Of a stretch of 64,000 nt of DNA, positions 1-9,248 are shown in pieces. The stretch covers positions 3,672,248 through 3,736,247 of the forward strand of contig CAWIXB010000001.1 of the NCBI GenBank assembly GCA_963839955.1. Reading direction: 5' to 3'. The notes under the pieces are model-generated. The model was not told where the DNA came from and did not search any database. It saw nothing but the letters and a program-made list of their open reading frames with translations. Numbering within the stretch: the stretch's first letter is position 1; each line of letters begins with the position of its first letter. The position numbers were made by a program, and so were the translations under genes. The stretch comes from an uncultured Actinomycetota bacterium. GTDB lineage: Bacteria; Actinomycetota; Actinomycetes; JACCUZ01.

Positions 1-252
1 CGTGTCGGCGGTCGCCCCGTAGGCATAGGTCACGAAGAGCTGGCCTACCTTCTCCTCCAGTGTCATATGGCGCATCAGGTCCCTGACCTGCTTGTCGATC
101 CGCGGGCCGTCGGGTGGCCCGGAGGGACCGGCGGGACCCTGCGCGGCCCGCGCATCCACCGGGGCCCCGACCAGTCCGGTGACGGCGAGGGTCAGCACCG
201 CGAGCAGCGCGAGGAAGACACGAAGGGGAGTCTTGCTGACGATGGCCGGCAT
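1..252 (-). CDS. Glycoside hydrolase family 3 (NagZ-like beta-N-acetylhexosaminidase), N-terminal fragment running off the left edge
   Basis: Not in the ORF track because there is no stop in the window. Minus-strand ATG at 252 is preceded by GGAGG. Hand translation gives MPAIVSKTPLRVFLALLAVLTLAVTGLVGAPVDARA (signal peptide), then RHMTLEEKVGQLFVTYAYG, the EEKxGQLF N-terminal signature of GH3. Confidence 0.55.
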   Translation of the reverse strand, partial: MPAIVSKTPLRVFLALLAVLTLAVTGLVGAPVDARAAQGPAGPSGPPDGPRIDKQVRDLMRHMTLEEKVGQLFVTYAYGATADT

Positions 253-394
253 GGTGCCTCCGGTGACGGGAACGGCGGCGGGCAGGGCAAGGAGCAACGA
301 AGAAACGCTCCGGTTGGAAAGTTAGCTACATCACAGGTTCGGGGTCAATGCCCGTGTGTGTCCTAATTCGCACATTCTGTCCTGACCCGGCCAG

Positions 395-410
395 ATTGGT
401 ATAGTCCACC
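395..410. promoter_or_regulatory. dre-like (DasR/NagR-type GntR) operator candidate in the GH3 / SIS divergent promoter
   Basis: ATTGGTATAGTCCACC matches 12 of 16 positions of the Streptomyces dre consensus ACTGGTCTAGACCACT. It lies 32 nt upstream of the ATG at 442. Confidence 0.4.
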
Positions 411-441
411 GCGTGGCCCGCCGTCCGATGACCCTGCCGCG

Positions 442-1485
442 ATGACCACCGTCATGCGGGCCGAGATCGCCGAACAGGCGGCGGCGGTGGCCCGCACCCT
501 CGAGGTGCTGACCCCCCAGCGGCCAGCGCTGCGCGAGCTGTCCACCGCCCGACGGCAGGTGCTGTTCGTGGCCCGCGGCTCCTCCGACAACGCCGCCGTG
601 TACGGCCGCTATCTCGTCGAGGTGCACGCCAGCCGTCCGGCGGCGCTGGCCGCCCCCAGCGTCGCGACCCACTACGGCGCCGACCTCGACCTCTCCGACG
701 CCCTGGTCGTGAGCATCTCCCAGTCGGGTGAGACCGACGAGATCGTCGCGACCCAGGCCTGGGCCGGCGCGTGCGGGGCCGCCACGGTGGCAATCACCAA
801 CGGGGAGGGCAGCCGGCTCGCCGAGGGAGCCGACCACGCCCTCGTCACGCAGGCCGGACCCGAGCGCGCGGTCCCGGCCACCAAGACCTACACGACCCAG
901 TTGGCCGCGGTCACGGTGCTCGCGACGGCGCTGGGCGCCGACATGACGGCACTGGACGCCGACCTCCTGCGGGTGCCCGCCGAGATCGCCCGGCTCGTTC
1001 AACGCGGCGACGGCGTCGACGAGGCTGCGGCCGCGCTGGCGGAGACGGCCGAGATCATCGTCACCGGCCGCGGCCTGGTCTACGGCACGGCGCTCGAGAC
1101 GGCGCTCAAGCTCGAGGAGACGTGCCTGCGACCGGTGCGCGGCCTCTCCTACGCCGACCTGCGCCACGGCCCTATCGCCGTGGTCGACCACGACGTGACC
1201 GCCGTGCTGGTCGCCGCCGCCGACGGGCCCATGCTCGCCGCCATGACCGAGCTCGTCACGGACCTGCGCGCTCGCGGCGCCCGGACAGTGGTGGTCGGTG
1301 GCGACGCCGTCCTGCAGCGCACCTGCGACCTGCACGTGCCGGGGCCCGACCTGCCCGAGCTGCTGGCCCCGCTCGCCCTCGTCGTTCCGGCTCAGCTGGT
1401 CGTCGAGGCCCTGGCCCGCCGCCTCGGCCTCGATCCCGACGCACCTCGCGGGCTGTCAAAGGTCACCCAGACCGACCGGCAGTGA
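442..1485 (+). CDS. Double-SIS sugar-phosphate isomerase/deaminase (AgaS / GlmS-C-terminal / NagB-II like)
   Basis: 347 aa. Motifs seen: VARGSSDNAA, ISQSGETDEI, TKTYTTQL, LETALKLEET. This gives two SIS-type repeats. Confidence 0.8.
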   Translation: MTTVMRAEIAEQAAAVARTLEVLTPQRPALRELSTARRQVLFVARGSSDNAAVYGRYLVEVHASRPAALAAPSVATHYGADLDLSDALVVSISQSGETDEIVATQAWAGACGAATVAITNGEGSRLAEGADHALVTQAGPERAVPATKTYTTQLAAVTVLATALGADMTALDADLLRVPAEIARLVQRGDGVDEAAAALAETAEIIVTGRGLVYGTALETALKLEETCLRPVRGLSYADLRHGPIAVVDHDVTAVLVAAADGPMLAAMTELVTDLRARGARTVVVGGDAVLQRTCDLHVPGPDLPELLAPLALVVPAQLVVEALARRLGLDPDAPRGLSKVTQTDRQ

Positions 1486-2761
1486 GCAGCGCGACCGACC
1501 TGTCCAGCGCCCGCTCGCTCTCACCAGCCGCGACCGGCGAGATGAGCACCTCGTAGTCCTCCCGTCCGAACGCGTCTGATGTCGGCAGGTAGCCGCAGTA
1601 GCCGTTCGTGTAGCCGAGGACGACCGCACCGTCGACGGTGAGCGCGGCCCGGGCCGCCAGGGCGGAGTAGGGCTCGGCACCCAGTCCGAAGAGCAGCACG
1701 CCGCCGAGGTCGAGCGCGCTCACCACGCACGGCACGGCTGCGCCGTCGCCGGCGGCCGCCTCGGTCAGCGCCACGCCCTGCAATGCGGTGGCCGCCTCAC
1801 GGGCACCGACCACGTCGCCGCAACGTACGGCGTCGTCGTGGCGTGCCTGCGCGCGGGCGCGAGCGCCTTCGGCCTGCTCGCGGGACATGGGTGCGCGTGA
1901 GGCCAGTTCGACGACGTCGTGCGCACCGGCGAGAGGCCGCGCCGCGTCGAACCGGCGGACCGCGGTGGTGGCAAGCAGATCGCGCAGCTGCGGCGCGGCC
2001 ACTCCGGCCAGGCGGTCGACCTCCGCGGCCGTCTGCGCGCGCCGGTGCGGTCGCGTGCTCATGTCGCCGGCCACACCGGTCGCGACCACGGACCACGGCG
2101 CGGCTTCGCGCTCGGTCGCCAGTTCCGCGCGGAGCGCGCGCCGCACGCCACCGGTGAGGTCGGCCGAGACGGACAGGTTGGTCGCGGCGAGGACGGTGGG
2201 GTGCACGGCGAGGACGGTCACGGCGCCGAGCAGGCGGCCGTCATCGGGACGGCGGACGCCCAGGGCGGCGACCGGCGCGGTCAACGCCTTGGTCTCGCCC
2301 GCTCGCTGACCTCCGACGTGGGTCAGCTCTCCGATGTGCACGGTCAGATCCGCCGGCACGGCCGCCTCGAGGGCCCGCTCAGCCGCCGCCACGGCGGCGG
2401 CAGGCAGCACGTCGTCCCAGGGTGGCGGGGTGACCCCTCCACGGGGTGTGCAACCGGTGTCCGGGCCGGCGTGCGTGTGCGTCGCGGCCAGCCACACCAG
2501 GTCGGGCGTCGTCCCGGCCAGTTCCGCGACGCGGACTCGGGTGGAGTCGGCGACGTCGCGGTTGACCGACACGACGTCGGCGACGCACACCACCGCGGTC
2601 GACCCCTGGTGGGAGACAGAGACCGCCGACACCTCGAGCGCATCGAGCGTGCCCGTCGAGGGACTGCTGCGCTCGCCGTAGCCACCGAGCACGGTGCCGG
2701 GATCGACCTGCAGGTGGGCCACGCCGTGGCCGATCCGGGGGTACGACGATGTGTCAGCCAC
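1463..2761 (-). CDS. Neutral/alkaline ceramidase-like hydrolase family protein
   Basis: C-terminal LGYTNGYCGYLPT and N-terminal GGYGERS and THTHAGPD motifs. I place the start at GTG 2761 (VADTSSYPRIGHG), inside the overlap GTGGCTGA with the murQ stop. The ORF-track N-terminus (to 2899) is Arg/Pro shadow frame. Confidence 0.6.
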   Translation of the reverse strand: MADTSSYPRIGHGVAHLQVDPGTVLGGYGERSSPSTGTLDALEVSAVSVSHQGSTAVVCVADVVSVNRDVADSTRVRVAELAGTTPDLVWLAATHTHAGPDTGCTPRGGVTPPPWDDVLPAAAVAAAERALEAAVPADLTVHIGELTHVGGQRAGETKALTAPVAALGVRRPDDGRLLGAVTVLAVHPTVLAATNLSVSADLTGGVRRALRAELATEREAAPWSVVATGVAGDMSTRPHRRAQTAAEVDRLAGVAAPQLRDLLATTAVRRFDAARPLAGAHDVVELASRAPMSREQAEGARARAQARHDDAVRCGDVVGAREAATALQGVALTEAAAGDGAAVPCVVSALDLGGVLLFGLGAEPYSALAARAALTVDGAVVLGYTNGYCGYLPTSDAFGREDYEVLISPVAAGESERALDRSVALLTAGRSG

Positions 2762-3662
2762 CCACGGCCTCCCGTACGGTCGCACCTCCGGCGAGCCGCT
2801 CCCTCGCCACGGCCGCGTCGACTCCCGCGAGCAGCATGACAACGGCCACCTTGGTCTCGTCACCCGCTGCGGCCAGCGCCGCGGATGCCTCGTCCGCACT
2901 GACGCCGGTCGCCTCGACCACGATGCGCCGCGCCCGGTCGCGCAGCTTCACGTTGCCGGCGTGCAGGTCGACCATGAGGTTGCCGTACGTGCGACCGATC
3001 TTCACCATCGCCAGCGTCGACAGCGCGCTCAGCACGACCTTCTGCGCCGTGCCGGCCTTGAGCCGCGTGCTGCCGGCGAGCAGCTCGGCCCCGGTGGGTG
3101 TCTCGATCGCCACGTCTGCGACGTCCGAGATCAGTGCGTCGACGTTGTTCGCCACGGACACAGTGAACGCACCCCGCTCGCGGGCCGCGCGCAGGCCTTC
3201 GAGGACGTAGGGGGTGCGACCGCTCGCGGAGATGCCGACGACGGCGTCCGCGGCCCCCGCGCCGACCCGGTCCAGCGCCCGTACGGCGCTGCCGCCGTCG
3301 TCCTCGGCCCCTTCCTTGGCGCCGACGACCGCGTCCTCGCCGCCGGCGAGAAGTGCCACCACGCGCTCGGGCTCTACGCCGAAGGTCGGCGGGCACTCCG
3401 CCGCGTCCAGAGCAGCGAGGCGGCCCGGTGTGCCGGCACCAAGGTAGAGAAGCCGGCCCCCGCGACGCAGCCGGTCGGCGACACCGTCGACCGCGGCGGC
3501 GAGCGCCGGTGCAGCCGACTCGAGGGCATGGTCGACGGCGTGCTGCTCGGCGAGCATCAGCGTCACGAGGTCCGCCGTCGAGCGCTGGTCGAGGTCGGCG
3601 AGCTCGGGTCGGCTGCCCTCGGTGGCCAGCGTCGCGAGGTGCTCGGTCGCCTCACTCACCAC
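2754..3662 (-). CDS. murQ: N-acetylmuramic acid 6-phosphate etherase
   Basis: 302 aa single-SIS protein. Motifs seen: LLYLGAGTPGRLAALDAAECPPTF, GISASGRTPYV, GSTRLKAGTAQK. Confidence 0.9.
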   Translation of the reverse strand: MVSEATEHLATLATEGSRPELADLDQRSTADLVTLMLAEQHAVDHALESAAPALAAAVDGVADRLRRGGRLLYLGAGTPGRLAALDAAECPPTFGVEPERVVALLAGGEDAVVGAKEGAEDDGGSAVRALDRVGAGAADAVVGISASGRTPYVLEGLRAARERGAFTVSVANNVDALISDVADVAIETPTGAELLAGSTRLKAGTAQKVVLSALSTLAMVKIGRTYGNLMVDLHAGNVKLRDRARRIVVEATGVSADEASAALAAAGDETKVAVVMLLAGVDAAVARERLAGGATVREAVGG

Positions 3663-3807
3663 GGCCTCCCGGTGTCTCTGTCTGCGGGGACATCGTCGTA
3701 CAACCTTGCACCGCGCTCGCGGCTGACCGGCGCTGCACGCGGTTAGGCTCTGTCAGGGCTTGACGACGGGCAAACCCCGCCCGCCGCACGGAGGAGGCAG
3801 CCGCGCG

Positions 3808-4566
3808 ATGACGGGACCGGCGCCGCGCCGCGCGGCACTGCCGAGGAAGCTCGCCGGGCCCAAGGGCGCGGCCCTGCAGGAGATTCTCGAGTCCTACGTC
3901 GCCGAGCTCGAACCCGGCTCCCCGCTCCCGAGCGAACGCGAGCTCGCCGAGCACTTCGGGGTCGCCCGCATGACGGTGCGTGCCCAGATCGAACGCATGG
4001 CCCACCGGCGCCTGGTCTACCGCCAACAGGGACGCGGCACCTTCGTCGCCGAACGCCGCCTCGCGCACACCGAACACCTGACGTCGTTCACCGAGGACAT
4101 GCGCAAACGCGGCCTGGTGGCCGGCGCACAGCTGCTCGATGTCAGCACGGTGCGTGCGGGGCAGGCGCTGGCGGTGAGCCTGGAGGTGGCGGCCGGCTGC
4201 ATGGTCACCCGGGTACGACGAGTGCGCACCGCCGACGGCGTCCCGATGGCCGTCGAGGAGACGCATCTCCCTGCTGACCGCTTCCCGGGTCTCGCCGACC
4301 ACGACTTCATCGAGAACAGCCTCTACGAGCTGCTGGCCCAGCACTACGGCGTGCTCGTCGCCGAAGCAGCGCAGCGCGTCACCGTCGTGACGCTGCAGCA
4401 GGGTGAGGCCGACCTGCTCGAGACCCCCGAAGGCGAGCCGGCGTTCCAGATCGAACGCGTCACCCGCGACGGCGACGGCACCGTCGTGGAGTTCGCCTGC
4501 TCGGTCTACCGCGGTGACCGCTACGAGGTTCTGATGCACGCGCGACGTGACGCGCCCTCCACCTGA
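3808..4566 (+). CDS. GntR/HutC-family transcriptional regulator (DasR/NagR-like, UTRA C-domain)
   Basis: HTH segment LPSERELAEHFGVARMTVRAQIERM. ATG 3808 lies 10 nt after GGAGGAGG. The ORF-track TTG 3760 is an alternative start. Confidence 0.85.
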   Translation: MTGPAPRRAALPRKLAGPKGAALQEILESYVAELEPGSPLPSERELAEHFGVARMTVRAQIERMAHRRLVYRQQGRGTFVAERRLAHTEHLTSFTEDMRKRGLVAGAQLLDVSTVRAGQALAVSLEVAAGCMVTRVRRVRTADGVPMAVEETHLPADRFPGLADHDFIENSLYELLAQHYGVLVAEAAQRVTVVTLQQGEADLLETPEGEPAFQIERVTRDGDGTVVEFACSVYRGDRYEVLMHARRDAPST

Positions 4567-4571
4567 CGGGG

Positions 4572-4991
4572 TCAGCTGCCCGACCCCGCGTCACGCAGCC
4601 GGCTGCGCACGTCGATGACACCGGCCGGGCCTGCGGCAGCCGCGGTGGCGGCCATGTCGGCTGCGCTCGTGTCGACGCTCGAGAGCACTTCCAGGGCCAT
4701 GGGCAGGTTGAGGCCGGTCACCAGTTCGACGCCGTCCCGGCGCAGCAGCTCGGTGGCGACCGCGTTCGCTGGACTGCCGCCGAACAGGTCGGCGAGCACG
4801 AGCAGCTCTCCGTCCTCTCCCGCGTGCCCCTGCACCGCCTCGACCACGGCACCGGGGTCCTGTTCGGGGGTCATGCCGACCGCGTGGACGTCCTCCTGCG
4901 GACCCATGATCATCTCGACGGCGTCGAGCACGCCGCGCGCGAGCGCGGCGTGCCCGACGAACACCACAGTTGCCCGTGTCGACTCAGGCAC
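4572..4991 (-). CDS. PTS mannose/fructose/sorbose-family EIIA
   Basis: VVFVGHAALARG (phospho-His context) and LADLFGGSP motifs. 139 aa. Confidence 0.85.
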   Translation of the reverse strand: MPESTRATVVFVGHAALARGVLDAVEMIMGPQEDVHAVGMTPEQDPGAVVEAVQGHAGEDGELLVLADLFGGSPANAVATELLRRDGVELVTGLNLPMALEVLSSVDTSAADMAATAAAAGPAGVIDVRSRLRDAGSGS

Positions 4992-5000
4992 GTGCGGTCC

Positions 5001-5903
5001 TCACTCGCCTTCCTTGGGCAGCTCGGGCACGAACCAGTCGAGCCAACCCAGGGTCAGCCCGAGGATGAACACACCGAGGATCGCCCACAGCGGGTTGAGG
5101 TTGAACTTCTTCAGCGCCCAGTAGATGACTCCCGTCAGAATGACCGGCAGCATGTAGGGCAGCACCGTGTCGAGCTGCGTCTGCAGCGGGACTTCCTGCT
5201 GCACTTCCTCGCCCCGGACCGTGACCGTCTGGCTGTAGGTCAGTGACGTGCTGATCTTGACGATCGATGGGATGAAACCACCGAGCACGACGAGACCGAG
5301 CACGGTCGCGGCTTCGCTGACACGCTCCAGGGCACCACCGGCGATCGATGAGATGAGGTTGCGGCCCTGGTTGTAGCCGAAGAAGAACTGCCAGCGGCGT
5401 ACCAGGAAGTACGGGACCAGCACCATGAACGCGGCGAAGATCGGCCCGATCGCCTTGCCCTCGAGGGCCCAGGCCGAGCCGATCGTGAAGATGATGCTGT
5501 TGTACAGCGCGAACGTCAGCGTGTCGCCGACGCCGGCCATCGGACCCATGAGCCCGACCTTCACGCCCTCGGCGGAGCCCTTGGCGTGCCTCTCCTCCAT
5601 GGCGATTGCCGAGCCGATGATGAGCGGCGCGCCGATGATGGGGCTGGTGTTGAAGAACGACAGATGCCGGGTCAGCCCTTCGCGGTACTCCGCCTCGTCC
5701 GGGTAGATCTTCCGCAGGCAAGGCTGCATCGCGTAGGCGAACCCCAGCGCCTGCATGCGCTCGTAGTTCCACGAGATCTGGAACGACGTGAAGAACCGCC
5801 AGAACGACTTGTTGAGGTCGGACTTGGTGAGCACCGACGGAGGGATCTGCTCGTCTGGTCCGTCCGGACCGCCGGTCGTGGTGTGCGTCGCAGTGTCAGA
5901 CAT
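5001..5903 (-). CDS. PTS mannose-family EIID
   Basis: FWRFFTSFQISWNYERMQALGFAYAM signature. The start overlaps the IIC stop by 8 nt. Confidence 0.9.
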   Translation of the reverse strand: MSDTATHTTTGGPDGPDEQIPPSVLTKSDLNKSFWRFFTSFQISWNYERMQALGFAYAMQPCLRKIYPDEAEYREGLTRHLSFFNTSPIIGAPLIIGSAIAMEERHAKGSAEGVKVGLMGPMAGVGDTLTFALYNSIIFTIGSAWALEGKAIGPIFAAFMVLVPYFLVRRWQFFFGYNQGRNLISSIAGGALERVSEAATVLGLVVLGGFIPSIVKISTSLTYSQTVTVRGEEVQQEVPLQTQLDTVLPYMLPVILTGVIYWALKKFNLNPLWAILGVFILGLTLGWLDWFVPELPKEGE

Positions 5904-6654
5904 TGACGGCCTCCCTCGGCTCGCGGTACTTCAACGTCATGAAGATCGCCGCAAGGGCTACACCGAAGATGGCGATGCCGACGAGTGGCACCTGCAAGTA
6001 GGCGAACAAAACGAATCCGATCAGAAGCATGTACCAGTACCTGCGCACCGGCATGATCTTGAGCAGCATCGCGAAGCCGACGGCCGGCAGCATGGCGCCC
6101 ACGAGCGTCATGCCTCGGACGAAGCCTTCCGGGATAGCGTCCTGGAAGTTCTGCACCGTCTCCGCGGTTGCCAGCGCCGCGAGGAATGTCGGGATGGCCC
6201 GGGTGAGGCCCCATGGTATGAACGCCGTCCAGTGCGCCCACGACATTCGTCTGTCGTCACCGGCGGCCGCGTAGCCGTCAGCGCGATGTATCCAGAAGGT
6301 CGGCAGGAAACGACCGATCGGGTCGAGGCTCGCGAGCAGGATGGCGGCAGGGATGCCGACCGTGATGCCGAGCGCGAGCTGCCCGCTGAACGCTCCACTC
6401 GCGTCGGCGGCCAGCGCGGTCCCGACGATCGCACCGGTCTGGTAGTCGGGCGTCGTCGCGCCGCCGTAGGTATAGATGCCGAGAGCGGTCAGCTCGAGCG
6501 TGGCGCCGACCGCCATGCCCAGCGTCGGGTCGCCGACGATGAGACCGGCGACGCTGCCGGCGATCAATGGTCGGCCGGCGTAGAAGAGGGTGGGGCCGAG
6601 CACGTCGTAGATGCATAACGTGCCCCAGATGGCAAGGATCAAGGCTTCAAACAA
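5896..6654 (-). CDS. PTS mannose-family EIIC
   Basis: 252 aa polytopic protein. GATLELTALGIYTYGGATTPD is a IIC-Man type motif. Confidence 0.9.
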   Translation of the reverse strand: MFEALILAIWGTLCIYDVLGPTLFYAGRPLIAGSVAGLIVGDPTLGMAVGATLELTALGIYTYGGATTPDYQTGAIVGTALAADASGAFSGQLALGITVGIPAAILLASLDPIGRFLPTFWIHRADGYAAAGDDRRMSWAHWTAFIPWGLTRAIPTFLAALATAETVQNFQDAIPEGFVRGMTLVGAMLPAVGFAMLLKIMPVRRYWYMLLIGFVLFAYLQVPLVGIAIFGVALAAIFMTLKYREPREAVNV

Positions 6655-6749
6655 GGGGACACCTCACTCGGGTGGGCGTTTCCGGTCGGATGGGTCGGCT
6701 TGTCGCGGGCGCCGTTGCCCGCTCAGGGGCCCCGCGTCATTGCCCCACG

Positions 6750-7997
6750 TCAAGGGACGGACTCAGGCGCTGCGTGCGGATCGGGAACCGGGACGGGCCG
6801 GCCCTCGGCGTACGTCGTGTGCAGGCTGCCGTCGGCGCGCAGCCGCACGAGGTCGGCGCGCAGCCCGGGTGCGAGCGTGCCGACCTCGTCGGTGCCGAGC
6901 AGCCTCGCCGGCACGGAGGTCGCCATCGCGACGGCGGTGGCCACGTCGAGACCGAGCAGGCTGACGGCGTTCGCCACCGCGTCGGCCATCGTCAGGGTGC
7001 TGCCCGCGAGGATGTCGGTGCCCGAGACGACCACCCGGTTGGCCGTGACGTCGACGATCGAGCCACCGAGCTCGTAGGTCCCGTCGGGCATCCGTGCGGC
7101 GGTCATCGCGTCGGTGATGAGGCAGACCCGGTGGCTGCCGGCGGCCCGGACGAGCACTCGGGCCGCGAGCGGGTCGACGTGGATGCCGTCGACGATGAGC
7201 TCGCACACCAGCCTGTCGTCGTCCATGGCGACGCCGACGCCACCCGGAGTGCGGTGGTGCAGCGGGCGCATGCCGTTGAACGTGTGCGTGACGCTGGTCG
7301 CACCCAACTCGACCGCAGCCCGCATGGTTTCGGCGTCGGTGTCGGTGTGACCCAGGGAGACGATGAGACCGAGGCCGCGCGCCCGCCTGACGAGGTCGAG
7401 GCCTCCGGGCAGCTCCGGGGCCAGGGTGATGGACCGCACGTGACCGCGCCCAGCACTGACCAGGCGCGCCAGCTCGTCGGGGTCCGGGGCACGCAGCTGT
7501 GCCTCGTCGTGCGCACCGCGGCGCCGGCCGGACAGGAACGGTCCCTCGAGGTGGATGCCGAGTAGCCGCGCCGCAGCGGTCTGCTGCGCTGCCCCGCCTG
7601 AGTCGCTGTCGTCGGTTTCGTCGATGTCGTCAGCGAGTCGCCGGACCGCGTCGAGCAAAGTGGCGGCGTCGGTCGAGACGGTCGAGGCAAGCATCGACGT
7701 CGTGCCGTGGCCTGCGTGCAGCTCGCGGACGCGCCGGCGGGACGCCGGATCGGGGCTCATGAACTCGCCGCCACCGCCACCGTGCACGTGTACGTCGACG
7801 AAGCCCGGTGCCAGCCAGTCGCCTGCACAGTCGACCAGCTCGGTCGCGTCGAGGATCGGCGTGCCTTGACCAAGCGCAGTGATCCGGGCGTCGGTGACGG
7901 CGACCCAGCCGTCGGTCAACTGCTGTCCGCGGGCGAGCAACCGTGCCCCGGCCAACACAAGGTCGGCAGGGCGATCCGGCGGCATTGGAGCAGTCAC
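6750..7997 (-). CDS. nagA: N-acetylglucosamine-6-phosphate (or GalNAc-6-P) deacetylase
   Basis: Motifs seen: FVDVHVHGGGG, LGIHLEGPFLS, SLGHTD, THTFNGM. GTG 7997 overlaps the upstream stop as GTGA. Confidence 0.9.
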   Translation of the reverse strand: MTAPMPPDRPADLVLAGARLLARGQQLTDGWVAVTDARITALGQGTPILDATELVDCAGDWLAPGFVDVHVHGGGGGEFMSPDPASRRRVRELHAGHGTTSMLASTVSTDAATLLDAVRRLADDIDETDDSDSGGAAQQTAAARLLGIHLEGPFLSGRRRGAHDEAQLRAPDPDELARLVSAGRGHVRSITLAPELPGGLDLVRRARGLGLIVSLGHTDTDAETMRAAVELGATSVTHTFNGMRPLHHRTPGGVGVAMDDDRLVCELIVDGIHVDPLAARVLVRAAGSHRVCLITDAMTAARMPDGTYELGGSIVDVTANRVVVSGTDILAGSTLTMADAVANAVSLLGLDVATAVAMATSVPARLLGTDEVGTLAPGLRADLVRLRADGSLHTTYAEGRPVPVPDPHAAPESVP

Positions 7998-8734
7998 GTC
8001 GCGGGCTGCGGATCAACGTTGTAGCTGACGAGCACTCCCGGGTCACGACCGTTGCGCGCCAGCCTGAGTGCTGCCTCGCACACGATCGACTGCAGCAGCA
8101 CGGAGCCGGCGACGGTGGAGACAGGCCCGACCTTCTCGGACCGGTCGGGCAGCGACACGGTTGCGTCACCGAGCGGCGCCGTGTTGTCGAGCACGACGTC
8201 GGCGACCTCCATGAGGCGGCGGCCGCTGGGTGCGCGCGAGTCGACCGACCCGCTGTGCTCTCGCGACGTGACGGCGATGACCGTCGCGCCGCGCGCCTTC
8301 GACTCCTCGGCGAACTCGACGGGCACTGCGTTGCGCCCGGAGCTGCTGGCCACCACGACGACGTCGCCCTCGCCGACGCCCGCGTTGGCGACGAGGATCC
8401 GCGCGTAGCCGGTCAGCTTCTCCAGCGCCGACGACTTCGCTGCGCCCTCGTGCAGCATCAGCGACGGCTCCAGGACCGCCTCGATGCCACGCAGTCCCCC
8501 AGCCCGGGTGTAGAGCTCTTCGGCCAGCAGGTGGGAATGACCCGTGCCGAACGCGAAGACGCGCCGGCCGTTGCCAAGCGCATCGGCGACGTGTCCCGCG
8601 GCTCGTTCGATCTCGTCGACCTGGGCCGCCACGCGCGCGATCGCCCGCCCGGCGGCGGCGAGGTAGGCGCGGGCGCCCGAGCGCGCGTCGGCGTCCGGGC
8701 TCACGTCGTCAGCACTGGGGCCGGCTGGGCTCAC
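7994..8734 (-). CDS. Single-SIS domain protein (UPF0309-like sugar isomerase domain)
   Basis: Motifs seen: RRVFAFGTGHSHLLAEE, VVASSSGRNAVPVE, ATVIAVTS. I place the start at GTG 8734, overlapping the IIB stop as GTGA. The upstream part of the ORF-track entry is shadow frame. Confidence 0.75.
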   Translation of the reverse strand: MSPAGPSADDVSPDADARSGARAYLAAAGRAIARVAAQVDEIERAAGHVADALGNGRRVFAFGTGHSHLLAEELYTRAGGLRGIEAVLEPSLMLHEGAAKSSALEKLTGYARILVANAGVGEGDVVVVASSSGRNAVPVEFAEESKARGATVIAVTSREHSGSVDSRAPSGRRLMEVADVVLDNTAPLGDATVSLPDRSEKVGPVSTVAGSVLLQSIVCEAALRLARNGRDPGVLVSYNVDPQPAT

Positions 8735-9222
8735 AGCTTCTTGTCCTGCAGGACCTTGAGAAAGTCGTTTCTCCGGTCGTTGGGCATCATCCGCTGCTCG
8801 AGGCCGAAGCCCTTGGCCGCGATGGCCCGGAACGTCTCGGCGTCCTCCGACGTGACCGCGATGGAGCGGCTCACCATCTTGAACTTCGTGCCGGGTCGCG
8901 GCGCCTGGTTGCCGACGTTGATCTCCTTCGGCTCCAGACCGCCCTCGACGAGCGCGAGGGCGTCGGAGGGCAGCTTGGCGATGATCATGATCTTCTCGCG
9001 GTCGCCCTTGTCGCCCAGGCAGTAGGCCAGGGTGTCCGCCACGCTGAGAACCGACGTCTTCACGCCGCGGGCGGCCTGGGGCAGGATCATCCGCTGCATC
9101 TCGTCGGCCGCCACGTCGTCGTTGGTGACGATGAGGTGGTCGGCGCCCAGCGCACCCACCCACGAGATCGTGACCTGTCCGTGGATCAACCGATTGTCGA
9201 TGCGCATGTGCGCGACGGGCAT
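8731..9222 (-). CDS. PTS mannose-family EIIB
   Basis: MPVAHMRIDNRLIHGQVTISW (phospho-His motif). ATG at 9222. The ORF-track N-terminal extension is implausible. Confidence 0.9.
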   Translation of the reverse strand: MPVAHMRIDNRLIHGQVTISWVGALGADHLIVTNDDVAADEMQRMILPQAARGVKTSVLSVADTLAYCLGDKGDREKIMIIAKLPSDALALVEGGLEPKEINVGNQAPRPGTKFKMVSRSIAVTSEDAETFRAIAAKGFGLEQRMMPNDRRNDFLKVLQDKKL

Positions 9223-9232
9223 CAGCGCTCCA

Positions 9233-9248
9233 AGTGGACTAGACCAGT
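9233..9248. promoter_or_regulatory. dre-like (DasR/NagR-type) operator immediately upstream of the PTS operon
   Basis: AGTGGACTAGACCAGT matches 15 of 16 positions of the palindromic dre consensus AGTGGTCTAGACCAGT. It sits 11 nt upstream of the IIB start. Confidence 0.6.

Noticed and set aside
6705-6722. The hairpin GCGGGC-gccgtt-GCCCGC between nagA and the IIC gene as an internal terminator or attenuator
   Set aside because: A 6-bp stem is unremarkable in a genome this GC-rich, and nothing else supports it.
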